DNA of 64,000 nt from Callorhinchus milii (taxonomy: Eukaryota). The notes beneath the pieces are model-generated. The model saw only the letters and a list, made by a program, of their open reading frames with translations. It made no database searches and had not been told where the DNA came from. The stretch is from the NCBI RefSeq assembly GCF_018977255.1, contig NW_024704742.1, forward strand, positions 18,788,001 to 18,852,000. The letters are read 5' to 3'. Of this stretch, positions 24,940 to 38,312 are shown in pieces. The translations under genes were made by a program, and so were the position numbers. The first letter of the stretch is position 1; every line of letters starts with the position of its first letter.

Positions 24940-25240
24940 GATCTCTTGCATTCCAATTCTCATGCCCGATCCTCTGGTCTTCCAACCCTGTCCTGCTTTC
25001 ACACCAGCATCAGCAGGCAAGCTTTTGGTCACTTTGCCGCCACTTTCCGTAACGTTCTTCCCAAACTCTCACTTAGCCTTGCTCCCTCCTTGTCTGCTTT
25101 CAAAACCCATTTTAAAAGGTATATCCTTGACTGTGCCTTGAGCCACCACTCCCTCCTTTTTTCTCTCTCCCAGCTCAGGCTTTGAGAAATTCTCCTTACG
25201 TGGATGGTGCTATATAAGTGCAGATTGGTGTCCTGTTGTT
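24940..25240 (+). mobile_element. L2 3' fragment
   Basis: Translates to ARSSG...RQAFGHFA...SLSAFKTHFKRYILD; tail gtgctatataagtgcagattg. Confidence 0.75.
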
Positions 25241-27904
25241 ATTCGTCATCATCCCCTGGTATGTATAGAAACACACATGCCAGTTATGTATTCAAATACC
25301 AATCCACCAAATTCCAGGATAAAGATCAGGAAAGAGAATCCTACCTGATTTACCTCTTCCCCTTTTTACCTTCCATAGCCCAGACATACTAACCATCCCC
25401 ACCTCAGCACCCAGATTTAATTGATATCAGTGCTGTAATTAATGTTTCAACTGACGTCAGCAAATTCAGCATAATGCAAGATTTGAACCTACAGTTTTCT
25501 GGCATGTATGTACTGCTGCCCTGCTCAGGGCCTTTACCCTCGAGGAGCATAGTTATGCAAAAACATCCTGCATTGCCCTTGAGGAGTCTTACAATTCGTG
25601 TGGGACAGTAATGAAGAGAGATAAATGCAGCATCTTCTTTTTGAAGAATGGACACTGCGAAATGCTCTTCACTTTCAATGAAATGTACATACTGTTATAG
25701 AGATAAATGTTGGACAGCAAAGATACACAGGAGGCCATGTGTGGCTTTCTGGTTTGCACCTTACTTTTACAAAATACACATGCCCACAATGTGCCGTTAC
25801 CTGCAGGAATAATCAATGCAGGATCCACAACCCTACAGACGGAATTTATGCAATCAGCATTCTTTTCAACTATGAGAGATGGTCTCCTCTCTCCCTCTCT
25901 CCTGTGTCTAATCTCCCTGCAGTGAATGAGGCACATTCACCGTATAGATCAAACCGGAGGCTAATCTGTGGGCATCACAGATGGTGTTTTTTTTTAACAA
26001 ATAGAGTTTGAACAAATGGACTGCTGTCCATGTTTACTCAGATCAACAGTTGGAACAAAACAAAATCAACAAGAGCTATTGGATCAGAGATAAGTGTTTA
26101 CCTCCTGCTCATATACACAAATCATTGAAATTTTGCAATTGCCTTATAAATCCTACAACATTACACATAAGGCAAAAATCTGGATTCTACACATAAGCAC
26201 ACACTGAGGCTAATGCAGACATTTGTGCTCCCAAAATGCTTCCTTATGAATATAAAGAGGAACATTTAGCTCACGGGTGTTCACGCATTGTATCTTGATT
26301 TAAGTTCAGATGACAGCCTAGCATTAAAGCACAAGCTGACATAGCATGTTTCCTCATTGTGGAAAATGACAGTAGATATTTACACCAACCTGATATCAAT
26401 CCCCTGACTCACTGGGTTGACTTTCAATTTAGCCTTCAGAGGTGGGAGCTTGCACTCTGAACTAAGATTGACGTCAATAGTTCTGCAGCATTTACATTAG
26501 CAGTTTCACTGCAGACTAGCTGCAGATTCATAACAAATGCAATTGGACATGCCTGGAAATCTGAAATGTCCCTGTGATAATAACAATACCATAATAAAGT
26601 CAAGTCTGCTCACTACTTCAATATAAATACTACAGGCAGTGCAATTCTTGGGCCTTAATAAATACACAACTGTTAACCCATTTAATGCCTCTCAACAAAA
26701 CAATCTGTCCACTAAAATATCAATTATGATCAAAGATGCTTGAATTTCAATTTCTCATATTTTGTATGCAAAATTCCAATGTAATGAAAGCACAGCAGTC
26801 CACCAGAGAGATGGAGAAAATTAACTGCAGTATTGCTATGAGCATTGCCACATGACACTGACCCTTGTCTCATATCCCAAGAACTGACTCAATATCCCTT
26901 ACAGCAGTAGAAGGATTTGATGCAAAGGGACATTGTCTTAAAATGACAGCTACCCCAGTGAGCAATGTGAGTTGAAGATATTGCTTCACATGGATAATGG
27001 TGAAAATAAGGAATGCCACAGATTGATTAGAATGTTTAAAATGGAGGTCAATAGATAGTTGGGAAGTAAGGGTATTAAAGAATACAGTGAAAAGCTGAAG
27101 ACATCATTAAGACATCATCCACCAGCTCATGTTGCTTGTGTAGATTCCAGAGATGAAAATGTATCCTTATCATAGTCTCACGATTGTTTATTGGTTTGAA
27201 ATTTAAGCCAGTTTTACATAGTTCTTGAAAGAACCAACTTTCATATTAAGACAGAAATTAGGAATTTTACAGAATCTTACATTTTAAAACGAAATTAGCT
27301 CACAGTTTAAAACTAAGTGGGATTTCGGGCTCATGTGTAGGCAGGTATTTGGGATCGGTCTTGATGCTCAAACTGTTAAATAATCTGCTGTTAAAGCTCA
27401 AACATGAATAATCATTTAGATAAGGAATTAGCGGGTGACCCATTACTCCCAGAAGAAAAAAACATGAGTCAAACGTATTCAGTAGAAGAGAAAATTGGCA
27501 AGAGTTACAAAAACTGCATTAATTATTGTCTAACCACTCTGCAGAAAAAATGACTGCAATTCTCAAGAGGGATACAGTACAGTCCATAATGATAAACATA
27601 GACATTGTGATACATCTCTGGATTATGTACAATGGTACAATACACCCCACTCCTTAGCAGACAAAACCAAATAAGCGTATGCTGGTATTTTCTTTGCTGT
27701 GGTATACGGTGCTCCTAATATGGTCCAATTCGCTTTGCTTGCTGAGAGACTAGACCTCGAGTCATAATCACATGCGTCAAACAATAGTCATAAAATGGAT
27801 TTCCTAACAGTCTTGTTGCTATTCAACAGACAATCATTATTCTTTCACGGTATAAGCGTACACACATTAACAACAAGAACTTGCATTTACTTTTATGTAA
27901 CTTG

Positions 27905-28145
27905 TATACAGAAACTAGAGCAGAAGGGGCTGAATGGCCTACTCCTGTTCCTCTGTTCCTATGTTCCTTTTGAGGGACACTGTGGTTGAAGCAAAAAGCA
28001 TGAATGTATTTAAGAGGAAACTTGATGCGTACATGAGAGAAAAGAGAACAGATTGGTATAGAAGAGGAGTGGAGGCATGAATGGAGTGTAAACATCAGCA
28101 GCGACTAATTGAGCTGAATTGCCCATTTCCATGCTATATGTTCAA
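27905..28145 (+). mobile_element. Two adjacent CR1 3'-end fragments
   Basis: ggggctgaatggcctactcctgttcctctgttcctatgttcc, then gtatttaagaggaaacttgatgcgtacatgag...gagctgaattgcccatttcc. Confidence 0.7.
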
Positions 28146-28794
28146 AGCAATTTTATGTTATTTTAAAAAAATGAACACAAATCGAATCAAGAATGTCACT
28201 ACAGTTCATAAGTCCATCTGTTTTATGCTAACATTTGTTCTGATGGCAATTAATTCTCCATTTTTTCTACACTGTCTAGCTGAAGCAAATTGTCAGGGTG
28301 AAAGATGACTATTATTTAATATAAAGACTACTATGCCAATGTCTAACTCCTAGCACAAATTAATTGTTCATCTCCACAGTGAAATCACATTTCAAGTAGA
28401 CTTCTCATATCCAGGTAGCAGCCGTTAACTACTTTACAGAGACCATTAGCCACTTGTTGGCACAAGTTAGCACATATCACATTACTAGCTGCTGTCAGCT
28501 CAGTTGCATGGAGAAGTGAGAATTAATAACAGAAGAGCAGTTTTGCCCAATACTTTACTAATATAATTAATACATTTAGGATTTAACCTGCTAATCTCCT
28601 GTGTTATTTCTGTGTGTGTGTAGAAGGGCTTTGTTGAAACTATTTTTCTTCCCACTTAGCTCTTTTCATTGTAATAATACTCCTTGTGTTTAATATACAG
28701 TAGTGATTATAAAGTTGCAACCTCAGAATGTACTATACTGGTGATTTCTGTCAAGTGTAATTACTATATATTGTACTTTGTAGGTACACGCGAC

Positions 28795-29097
28795 AGAGCC
28801 TGTTTGCTTACAGCAATGTCCCACAAACAGCCATGAAGTGAATGATCAAACAGAAGTTTTGTTTTGTCCACTATTTTCCAATAGTGCCATGAAATACTTT
28901 ACACCCACCTAAAAAGGCAAACAAGATTTCAGTTTTAAAGTGTCATCCAAGGGACAGCAGCTTCATCAAAGTAGCACTCCCCCAGCACTATATTGGAGTG
29001 TCAGCCTAAACTGTGAGTTCAAGTCCTGATGTGGGATTGGAACCCCAACCTCTTAACTCAACAGCAAAAGTGCTACCAAGTAAGTCAGGCTGACACC
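28795..29097 (-). mobile_element. Old DeuSINE (SacSINE1-like)
   Basis: aatagtgccatg...gtgtcatccaagggacagc...ggagtgtcagcct...gtgctaccaagtaagtcaggctgacac is the reverse of the Deu domain plus tRNA head. Confidence 0.75.
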
Positions 29098-29439
29098 CAA
29101 GGCAGTATGGATTATGTATTCCTTTTAACGTTTATTCAAATCTTAAACAAACATGATCGATTCTTGTACTTTCATATCTTCCATCTTGACTTAAAACATG
29201 TTTTCAATTTGAAGATATGACCTCATTGAGCTTCCTTTCTCTTTTTAAAATTCATCACATGAGGAAAAGTTACAAAGACATCTTGACCAGTTACCTCATC
29301 CATTCTTCTCTATTTGTTAAAAGCAGGTTTTTGGCGATGTGATTGTCATCACTGGTAAAAATTAAGACTTTTCTTGTGGTGTTTTCAGGCTCAACTATAT
29401 GCATTGGGGTTGAATCATAGAAAGATAAAAATTACAGCA

Positions 29440-29515
29440 TACAGTGCAGCCCCATTATAACACACCTCTTTATAGTGCAAACATGGTTATAGTGCGGTTG
29501 CAGTGTGAATCCCAT
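29440..29515 (+). mobile_element. Possible pogo/Tigger-type terminal inverted repeat remnant
   Basis: TA-cagtgcagccccattataacacacctctttatagtgc...gttatagtgcgg, with repeated TTATA(A/G) subterminal motifs. No partner end found. Confidence 0.3.
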
Positions 29516-29960
29516 TGTAAAATTGGTCACTCGCTCCATGGCTGTTTGTGGGACATTATTGCAATAGTGCATCTGGCTGCCCCATTTCTCTCACAAAATA
29601 AACAGTCAATCCACTTTACAGTATATCCTGTGAAACACTTTGAGATGTCTCCACAATGTGAAAGGCCTTATATCAATGCAAGGATGATGAACAATGTTTG
29701 TTAATTTCAATCCTTGGTGGTTTTCAATTCTTGAGTCATTTAATGCATGCAATATGGCTGCTAAGTTTAATAATATTCAAAGCCAAATAAAACTTAGATA
29801 TCAATTAAACCAAAGGCTTTGGTTTCCCTTCGTTTGTATTTGTCGGTGATGATCAAGATATCCATTCCTTTGTGTGTTGAACATTAGGTTTCACCTCTGG
29901 TATTCTATAGAGTGGATCATTACACTTTCTTCCACTTAATCATTTTGCTTCTGGATCCAT

Positions 29961-30190
29961 ATACAATACAAAATTACATTTGTATAGCATCTTTTATGTC
30001 TGCAGGATGTTTCAAGGCGCAGGACAGTCAGGGATTTGGACCCGAGTGTGGGAGTGGGTATTGGGATAAGGAAGGGTGAAAGGCAGGGAAGGTAGCAGGG
30101 TGGCCAAAGGCGAGGTCGAAGAGGAGGGTCTTGAGACATGCCCCGAAGGAGACAAGGGAAGGAGTGAGGCGAAGGGAAGGGAGCAGATAG
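29961..30190 (-). mobile_element. L2 3' end
   Basis: Translates to LVSFGACLKTLLFDLAFG; C-rich 3' UTR and stem-loop tail. Confidence 0.85.
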
Positions 30191-32589
30191 GTTGATGAGG
30201 GGTTAGCAGGTATAAGGAATATACTCCTTATATCAAATACACAACTGCTGAAATAAGCAAGTAAATCCACAACCATTACTCTTTAAATGCTGACTGAAAA
30301 GTAAAAATAGATTATAGCCTCCTCTTGTTTCATAGCTTTCCAACACTGGCCTGATAGCATCACATCCCTTGATGAATCTTTACTGTGTATTGATGCAAGG
30401 CTTCTGACATTGGGAATAATGCCTTTTTTTTCAATAGGGTTCCTTTTCAGGAGATGAATAAGGTAATGTCACTGCCCTTTGTTCCAACTACTGGGCGAGT
30501 ATCTCATTCTGGTGCAATGCACAATCACTAAGACTATTTCTGGTCTTTCATTCAAAGGAGTTTATTCTGTGCAAAATCACTGTAAAATGCAGCTTTCATT
30601 TCACGTAAGCTGAATGGGTTTTAGTGAAAAAGAAATGTGCTTATTGATGGAAAATATTGCTCATCAGTGGAAAATAAAGTTCTGAAATCCTTTTCCAATG
30701 TGTACCATTCTTTTTACGTATCTTAGATAGGTTGATACAGCATTTATCATGGGTAGAATATCACCCACTCTTTATGTGTATGTGCATGGGTTGAAGACTG
30801 CTGATGCAACAACTAAATGTCATGGGAGACTCTCAGTAAAACTAGCCTGATCCATATCCAAATTTAATAGGTTCAGATCTGAACTATCATTGATAGATAT
30901 AATTTCACCCTCCCACTTCTCTTAAAAGAAAATTACTGGTTATGAAAAAAATCAAAGAAAAAAACTACAAAACCATCCTTTTCAAACTTTCAGGTTTTGT
31001 TGGGTGGTGGGAGGGCTGTTATTATCAACTAATGACAGGACATGTGCATGGATAGTTATAGCTGAGAGCAGTTCTCTTTCCCTACAGCTTTTGTAACATG
31101 ATGATAGACTGCCGCTGAATGAGGCAAATCACCATGAGCTTTTCAAAACTCCCTCCCCTCCCCTATCCATTCACCCTGTCAAGCCTTGCATCTCTCACTG
31201 TGGGCTAATTTGACTCAGATCATCTGTTCTCCAGTTTTCTGTTTCTTGTTTATTGATTTTAAGGACCCGAAACCTGCCAGATGAGAATAAGTGTGAGAAA
31301 ATGCTGATATTAATTTCACCAGCACCATGAAGTGTGGGGTCACTCTTCCATTTTTCATGGTGGGAACAGCGGATGCAGACCAGATGACTGCCTTTCTCTC
31401 TGACTTCTCCGTGATTTCTATCTGTATTCCAATTTCATTCTTCGCCACCCTTAAACAATCAATTTAAAAACCAGTCTGAGAAGACTCGAAATGCAGAATT
31501 AAGTTTCTGTCATTTACGGCACAAATCCCATGAGGGGAGAAGAGGGCCTCAATTTGCCAGGCTTTCATCTCAATACCTTAAGCAGTCCTCGCCTTGCCTT
31601 ATCAGGATCCTTAATGGAGCAGAAACAAGAAGATTAGCAATACATTATTACCGTCAGGATAAACTTTGTTCCTAAACATTTATGCATCTTTCAGAATTCA
31701 GATAATAAGAGAGGCTGGGGTGTGAACTAAATGAAACAGAAAGACTAACCGATTTATCTGATCACTTCATACTGTACCAGAGATCGATTGCAACATTTAC
31801 AGTTTAACATTTACAGTTAGTTTAATGAAAGTGTTATTTCAGCACAATAAAATCATGTTTATTTGACCAGTTTTTTTTGCACATTTTATAAAACCATTGT
31901 AAAGTGCGTTTTGAAAGTTTCCACAGCATGTGAAACAAATCTATTAATTATAACTAGTTTTTTGACTGTACAATGTCTATGAAACGTAGATACTGCATCA
32001 ACTCTATAATATATTTCAAAAAAAATTATTTTTGTTATAACCTTCTCACCATCCAGAAGCTTTAGGATGCCAGTTTCTAACTCTGTATATCCTCCGGAGG
32101 TGAAAGGTGCTTTACAAATGTAATTTTGTTGTTATTGTTGCTTTTGTTATTGTTAAGATCATTTAAAAGTTAATACATCATTAAGAACGGAAGCCATTTG
32201 ATAATACATTCTGTGTTAATTATCAACCTGTGAGTGTGCTGGAGGAGAATTTCCCCTTCCCCTAACACCCTCATCCGATCTCTTTCACAATCATTCCACA
32301 GTGCATTGTCTATTGGTTCTTGGATCTCTGTATTGAACTATCGGTTACTGGTATAAAAGTGTAATAAAAAATACAGAAACTCAAAATCGTTTTTTGGCAT
32401 TGATATGCTAATAAGCACCATGGGTGTTAATTATTACATCACACATCACAATTTCCACCCGCATTCTCAAACAAAACCAGACACAATTCTTTACTTTCCA
32501 CCGTGGCACTGCAGAGTTTTGCAAAGATGGTCTCAAATTAACAATGCGACGTTCACCACAACTAGGCAAGAAACTGGGTCTGATCTTGA

Positions 32590-32742
32590 AACTGATCAGG
32601 CGGTGCATGAAAGACACTGGATTAATTTAAGGCACAGCTTGATGCTGTGTTGGCAGGATGTTAGGGTGGATTTTTCTGGAGGGACTGAGATCAGATGGGC
32701 TGAAAGGACTTCTTCATCCAAACCAATCTTGCGATCCTGTGA
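32590..32742 (+). mobile_element. CR1 3' end
   Basis: cagcttgatgctgtg...gatcagatgggctgaaaggacttcttcatccaaaccaatcttgcgatcctgtga, as at 24790-24900 and 45560-45670. Confidence 0.8.
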
Positions 32743-33989
32743 AGCCACAGTGGAGGCCTGATGTTAGTAATGAAGATATACCAAGGAAAGAACATGAGAA
32801 AATAGTAAGGTTTTGAAGGAGGATTTCATTGTCAGCGATATAAATTGACAATGCAGTGAATCTGGGCAACAGTACCCGTTGCCTTCATTCCTCCGGGTCT
32901 GGCCTCCTCCTTGTCCTCCGAGTCCTCTGCTCCACCCTCGGCGGCCGTGCTTCAGCCACTATGCCCTGAGGCTCTGGAACTGCTTTCCTCACTCCCTTTG
33001 TCTCGCTTCCTCCCTTCCCATTTTCAGGTCTCTGCTGAAGACCTATCTTTTCGACCGCGCCTTTGGTCACCTTCCCCCCCCTCCCCCTGGCTCAGTCCCG
33101 GGATCCGTTACTGTAAAGCGCTCTGAGACACGGTCCGTCATGGTGGGTGCTATATAAATCCAAGTTGTTGTTGTTGTTGCTGTTGTTATTGTATCTACTG
33201 CTATTAGCTCCATAAACCCAAATATTTATTGTTTTTCAGGAGAGCTATTAAATAATAAATAAGTAATCTATGTAATTTTAAGTCAGGAGAACATCTCAAA
33301 GCCATTTGCACGATTTACTGTAAAGTGCAGTGACTGTATATTTTGCAGCCTATTTTCAGTAGAGAGTATGAGGGTGGGCTGTACCACATATCTCTATCCA
33401 TGTTTTATTCAAGATCATTGCATTCACGATCCAGTGGCCTTTCTCCCCATGACCAATATTGACCCTAGGTATTTTTTCCGCAGAGTGAAAATAAGGTTAT
33501 TTATGAGGATAGATAACGATGAAACTGCAATAATAAGAAAAACGCCAAAGCATTTAAAACTAATCCCAATTTTTTCATGAAAATTATGCTTTGGGATGAA
33601 GCTTCAGTGAGTAAAATGATCTTTCCTCATATTTGACTTTTTTTCATGCTTTAAACAATATATTTCTGAATTTTCTTTGTTCATGTGCTAGAGGGAGCAC
33701 ATGTATTGAAGCAAGTTACCATGCTCTGTTCAGTAAGCTCTGCAATCATTTTCTGCTGTACAATTATAAGCAACTTTTGTGTGTAAGCACAGCAGATTAT
33801 CTTAAAAGTATGACTGGATGATAAATGCAATATTAAATTCATGCATATAGAGCTCCTGTGAAGTCACAGTGGAGGCCTGATGTCAGCAATGGAGATATAC
33901 CAAGGAAAGAACATGAGAAAATAGTAAGGTTTTGAAGGAGGATTTCATTGTTAGTGATATAAATTGATAATGCAGTGTATCTGGCCAAC
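32735..33989 (+). repeat. 136-bp direct duplication (32735-32870 and 33854-33989)
   Basis: Ungapped alignment with 9 mismatches in 136 nt by my count. Confidence 0.95.
32875..33191 (+). mobile_element. L2 3' end with (TTG)n tail
   Basis: Translates to FSHYALRLWNCFPHSLCLASSLPIFRSLLKTYLFDRAFG; tail gctatataaatccaagttgttgttg. Confidence 0.9.
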
Positions 33990-35791
33990 GGGTAGTGACC
34001 AATACTCCATTTATCACTAAATCTCCTACACCTTGGCTGTCTAACTACATCTTGCTTGTCTATTGTTGGTCAGTGATTTCATTCAGAGATGCCGTTCCCT
34101 CCATTACATTATTGAGCCCCTAAACCTCTGCTCGCCCACCCAGGTTCATCGATATACTGACTGTTGGCAACTCACCAACTCTCCCGCTTCCCTCCTACCC
34201 CCCACACACATATAGTTTTGTAAATCCTTCAGAAAATTTATGGGAGATTTTGTTTGTAGAAAAATGACTGAAAATTGTGAAATGCAGACAAATGGAACCC
34301 GCAAGATGTTATTCCATTAGTGATTTATGTAAGATTTGGAAACATTATCAATGTGCAAGTAAAGATTGCTCTGGCCTTGGCCTTGTGTTCGCAACATTAG
34401 ATTGTTAGAAACCCTTAAGATCTTTTTGAAAAAATCAGTGAACGAAATTGCCAGCCAATCTACTATGGATATTTTGGTAACAATGATACACACAAAGGAT
34501 TATATGTTTTCACAAAAAAACGCAATGTTTGTTATTGAAATAAGTATAGTTTGCTGTTTTGTTATCTGTAGAATCATAAAATCACAATTATGTTTTAATA
34601 CTGAGCAAAAAGACCATTCAGTCCTTTGTGCCTGTGCTGTGTCTCTTGAATTATTTGTGAGTCCCATTCCTCTTCTTTTCCACCATTCCATTATCATACA
34701 ATATAATTTGCATTTATATAGTTCCTTTCACGTCAAAAAGACATCTCGGGACACTTGACAGTGCTGACTGGGTTTCCGAGCTGGGGGTGGGAGCTGAGGG
34801 ATAGCAGCACAAAGATGATCAAAAGCATGATTTTCAACTTTCCTTTTCAAGTATTTATTAAAAACCTTTTTAAAGTCTGTTATGAATTTTGCTATAACTT
34901 GTATGGTAAAATCAGCCCGTCACTCTGCATAGCATTTCGGCCACAAAATATACAGTCAATTTGTTTTACCGTATATTCTGTGAAGCGTTTTGAGACATCT
35001 TGAAGACGTGATAAGGCGCTATATCAAATGCATAGATTATTATAATTATTATTTCCATATAATGAATCTTACTGTCCAAGAAATTAAATTGGAATTGTAT
35101 TGTACAGACTTTTCAGTACGTTATAGGGGTGACGGGGTTCATTTCAAGGCCCAATACTTTCTTCTGTGATACAACATATGTGGTGTGAACTGAGATGTGC
35201 CAATCACCAAAGCTACACAGCACTAAACTGCATTGCCCTAAAGATACACAAGCACTCCGAGTATCTGAAGAATGTAATCTGTAATTTGGCAACATGACTA
35301 AGCACAGTCGCGACCTTAAAATAAAACAAGAAGACGGATGAGAAAAAAAATTAAATGTGGGTAGGAGATGAAGTCATATTCTGAATATGTGATGACTTAA
35401 CAACCGCAAAAAATAGGACTGTTTAAATCTTTAGTAATTACACGAGTGGGGGCGTGAAATTTCTATCTGTCTATAGTCTGTTTCAGATTACATGTTGGTG
35501 TCAGATTTAAGGGGCTTGCTTTACACACGCTGTGAGTAAGGGAGCTCAGTAGCCTGCCACAGTCAGGGATAACGGCACTGTTGTGGGTCAACTCAATCTT
35601 ACACCAAGAACTGAAGTCGACGCTGACGGTTTTATTTTGTTTTTGCAGAAACACTTAGAGGTGGCAAACAAATGTTTCTTTGTGTGCAACGTAACAATAA
35701 TGATCCTTACATTTGATACAGTGCCTTTCATGTCAGGAGGTGTCTCACATGATACACTATGAAGTGTAATGACTGTATTTATTCGTTGGCA

Positions 35792-36137
35792 AATAATAAT
35801 AATCCTTGCATTTTATATAGCGCCTTATCACATCATCGAGATGTCTCAAAGCATTTTACAGAATATATTGTCACTGTGTATTTTATGGGCAAAACGTGGG
35901 GGCCAATTGCACACAACAATATCCCACAAACAGTCATGGAGTAAGTCACCAAAATGTTTTTGTTTTTTGGAAGGATTATTACCACTGGAAAACAATCCGC
36001 TGATTGACTAACAACAAGGTTCCTACTTACCACTAGGTAAACAGAGCGTGGGGAGTAAGGTTTCAACACGCCTGGGAATCGAACCTGGGTCCTTTCGCTT
36101 GCGAGGCGAACGAGCTAACCACTACGATACGGAAATC
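35792..36137 (-). mobile_element. tRNA-Ala-derived SINE, long form
   Basis: (AAT)n tail, long-form block, and the reverse B-box gggaatcgaacc. Confidence 0.85.
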
Positions 36138-37921
36138 TTGTGACCTGCCTGATAAATAAAACCAAGACAATTTTAACTAGTAGATGGTTCAGTTACCATC
36201 ACAGAGGGCCATCAAAGCTCAGTCCGTTAATTTGAAAGGTTATATTTTTTATAAAATACCAGAGAGTCGGGGTAAGGAAATCTCATGGACTTCCTCAGAG
36301 CCAGTTGGCCGTTCAGCACTGCAGAGTGATGAAATGGCAAACCTTGATGACAGATTGCTCGGCAGTGCTCAGTCAATCCACTGCTCCGCACGTGGTGTGG
36401 CGGCCTCAGAAAAGTGTTGCGCGTCACTTGCACCCGATGTCGTTGCGGCAAAAACGAACCACGGCTGTTCTCCATCCCCAGCAGTAAAGACTGTGCCTCT
36501 TTAAACTACATATTGGCTTCATTCTGCCTGTGGATCTAAGGTTTCAGCGAATATCTATTTCACTGGCCTACAGAGGCCTATTTGAATGTCTTAATAGTGT
36601 ATTATTCAATAAAGTGTTATTTTTTCACCGCTGCGCTATCAAAGATATTATTTTGCCAAGGATTGCAATCATTGCGGTGGATGCATTAAAGCAAGGTCAT
36701 GTAATGATCAAACAGAGTGCCTCTTATTCAGCCGTGTGTTTTCTTTGCTCTTTTCTCTCAGTAGTGAATGAAGTGGTTATGAATGCATCGTTCGTTATTA
36801 AAGAAACGCACATTCAATGAGGGAAAACAATTTTTTTTTCTCTTTTGTTCAGCCGACAGTGGGGTGATGGCCCCCACAAGATCATATCATTCTGTAGTGT
36901 CTGGGTATTAATTTGAATCAACCCAGTGTGAGTATTCTGCACAGACAGGCCACAGAGTGTATGATAAATAGAGGACACATGGTGAGGACCTCTGGAATAG
37001 AATCTCCAAATTCACCAACGAAAAGTCGTGAATGAATTATGATCATTGCTATCTGTAGGATATAGATGGTAGCCTAGAGTTCCGCATCAGTGCATTCTGC
37101 TCATTCTACAGGTTAGGTAAGTAATTACCATTAATATGGGCTGATCTGATGATAGGACTGTGAAGCTTTTTATTCAGAGCACCATCTGTCCTCAGCTGTG
37201 TCGTCCCATTATCGTATAACAGAGCTATTTCGTTGAGATAACACTATCGCTATGTAAAATGGCTGACACAAAATTGTTTTTTTGACATTCGCTGCCAGGT
37301 CATTGAGCAGCATTTTGTCATTTTTTCTGTAGATGTCACTGCTAACTAATGGACTTTTAAGCCAGACACAAGCTTGCACCATCTTCATTATACATTAAAG
37401 CTCCTGACCCATTTTATACAGAGCGTGTCCTACTATGCACATCTGTTAATGGAACATGAAAGAGCTAGAATTTTAGAATCTAAAATTTAGATGAACTTTA
37501 AATTGCAGAAGCAGACTCCCTCCTCCCCCACCCCCCTCGCCCTGATGGCCTTTTGGGTAAAAACATTAGACTTATAGAGCAGAAGGCTGTAGGTTTTGAT
37601 CCTGAGAGCATCAGTTACAGCTCTATAATTGGTGCCTCCTATCCTTGATGTTAGGGAGGAGAATAAGAGAACAAGAGTCAGTTTTCCCACTATCCTTTAG
37701 GTGAGGATAGGATGATGCTCCCACCTTTGACTAGCCTGCTAATGCTCACCGCCAAAGTTTATATGTGAATTCAAACCACTTGTCAAGGTACTGGTAGGTG
37801 ACTAGGAACTTTAGAACTGATACCCTGCAAAAAGGAAACGGAGTCAAACAAATTTGGAAGAGAGCAGAAAGTAAACCAAAGAAGTTGATATTTTGCAGGT
37901 GAGGTTCAGGGCACTTTCTAG

Positions 37922-38312
37922 GTCAGGCTTAGCTCATCTTACAGCACTCTCTCCATTGAGTTAGAAGGTTATGGGTTTAATCCTGTGTAGGGACTTTGAA
38001 CTCACAGTCTAGCTGACACTCCAATGCAGTCCTGAGGGAGCAATGTTGGAGTTGCCGTCCATTGGATGAGATGTCAAATCAAGTTATCATCTGCCTGTTC
38101 AGATGGCCATTAAAGTTCCCATGGCACTATTCAAAAAGAGAAGTGAGTTTTTCCTGGTGTCCTGGCCAATAATTCCCCAAATAAAATTGTTCACGCCCTT
38201 CGTGACTGTGCGGGACATTCACCTATAAATGCAGACACTGCACTTTATAGAAACTTTGAGAAGTGCTTTGAGACATCATAGGTGCTACATAAATTTGCAA
38301 ATATTATCATTA
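37922..38312 (+). mobile_element. Old DeuSINE (SacSINE1-like), near full length
   Basis: Head gtcaggcttagctc...gaaggttatgggtttaatcc; Deu domain gccgtccattggatgagatgtcaaatc...cccatggcactattcaaaaagag...ggtgtcctggccaat; L2-like tail. Confidence 0.85.
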
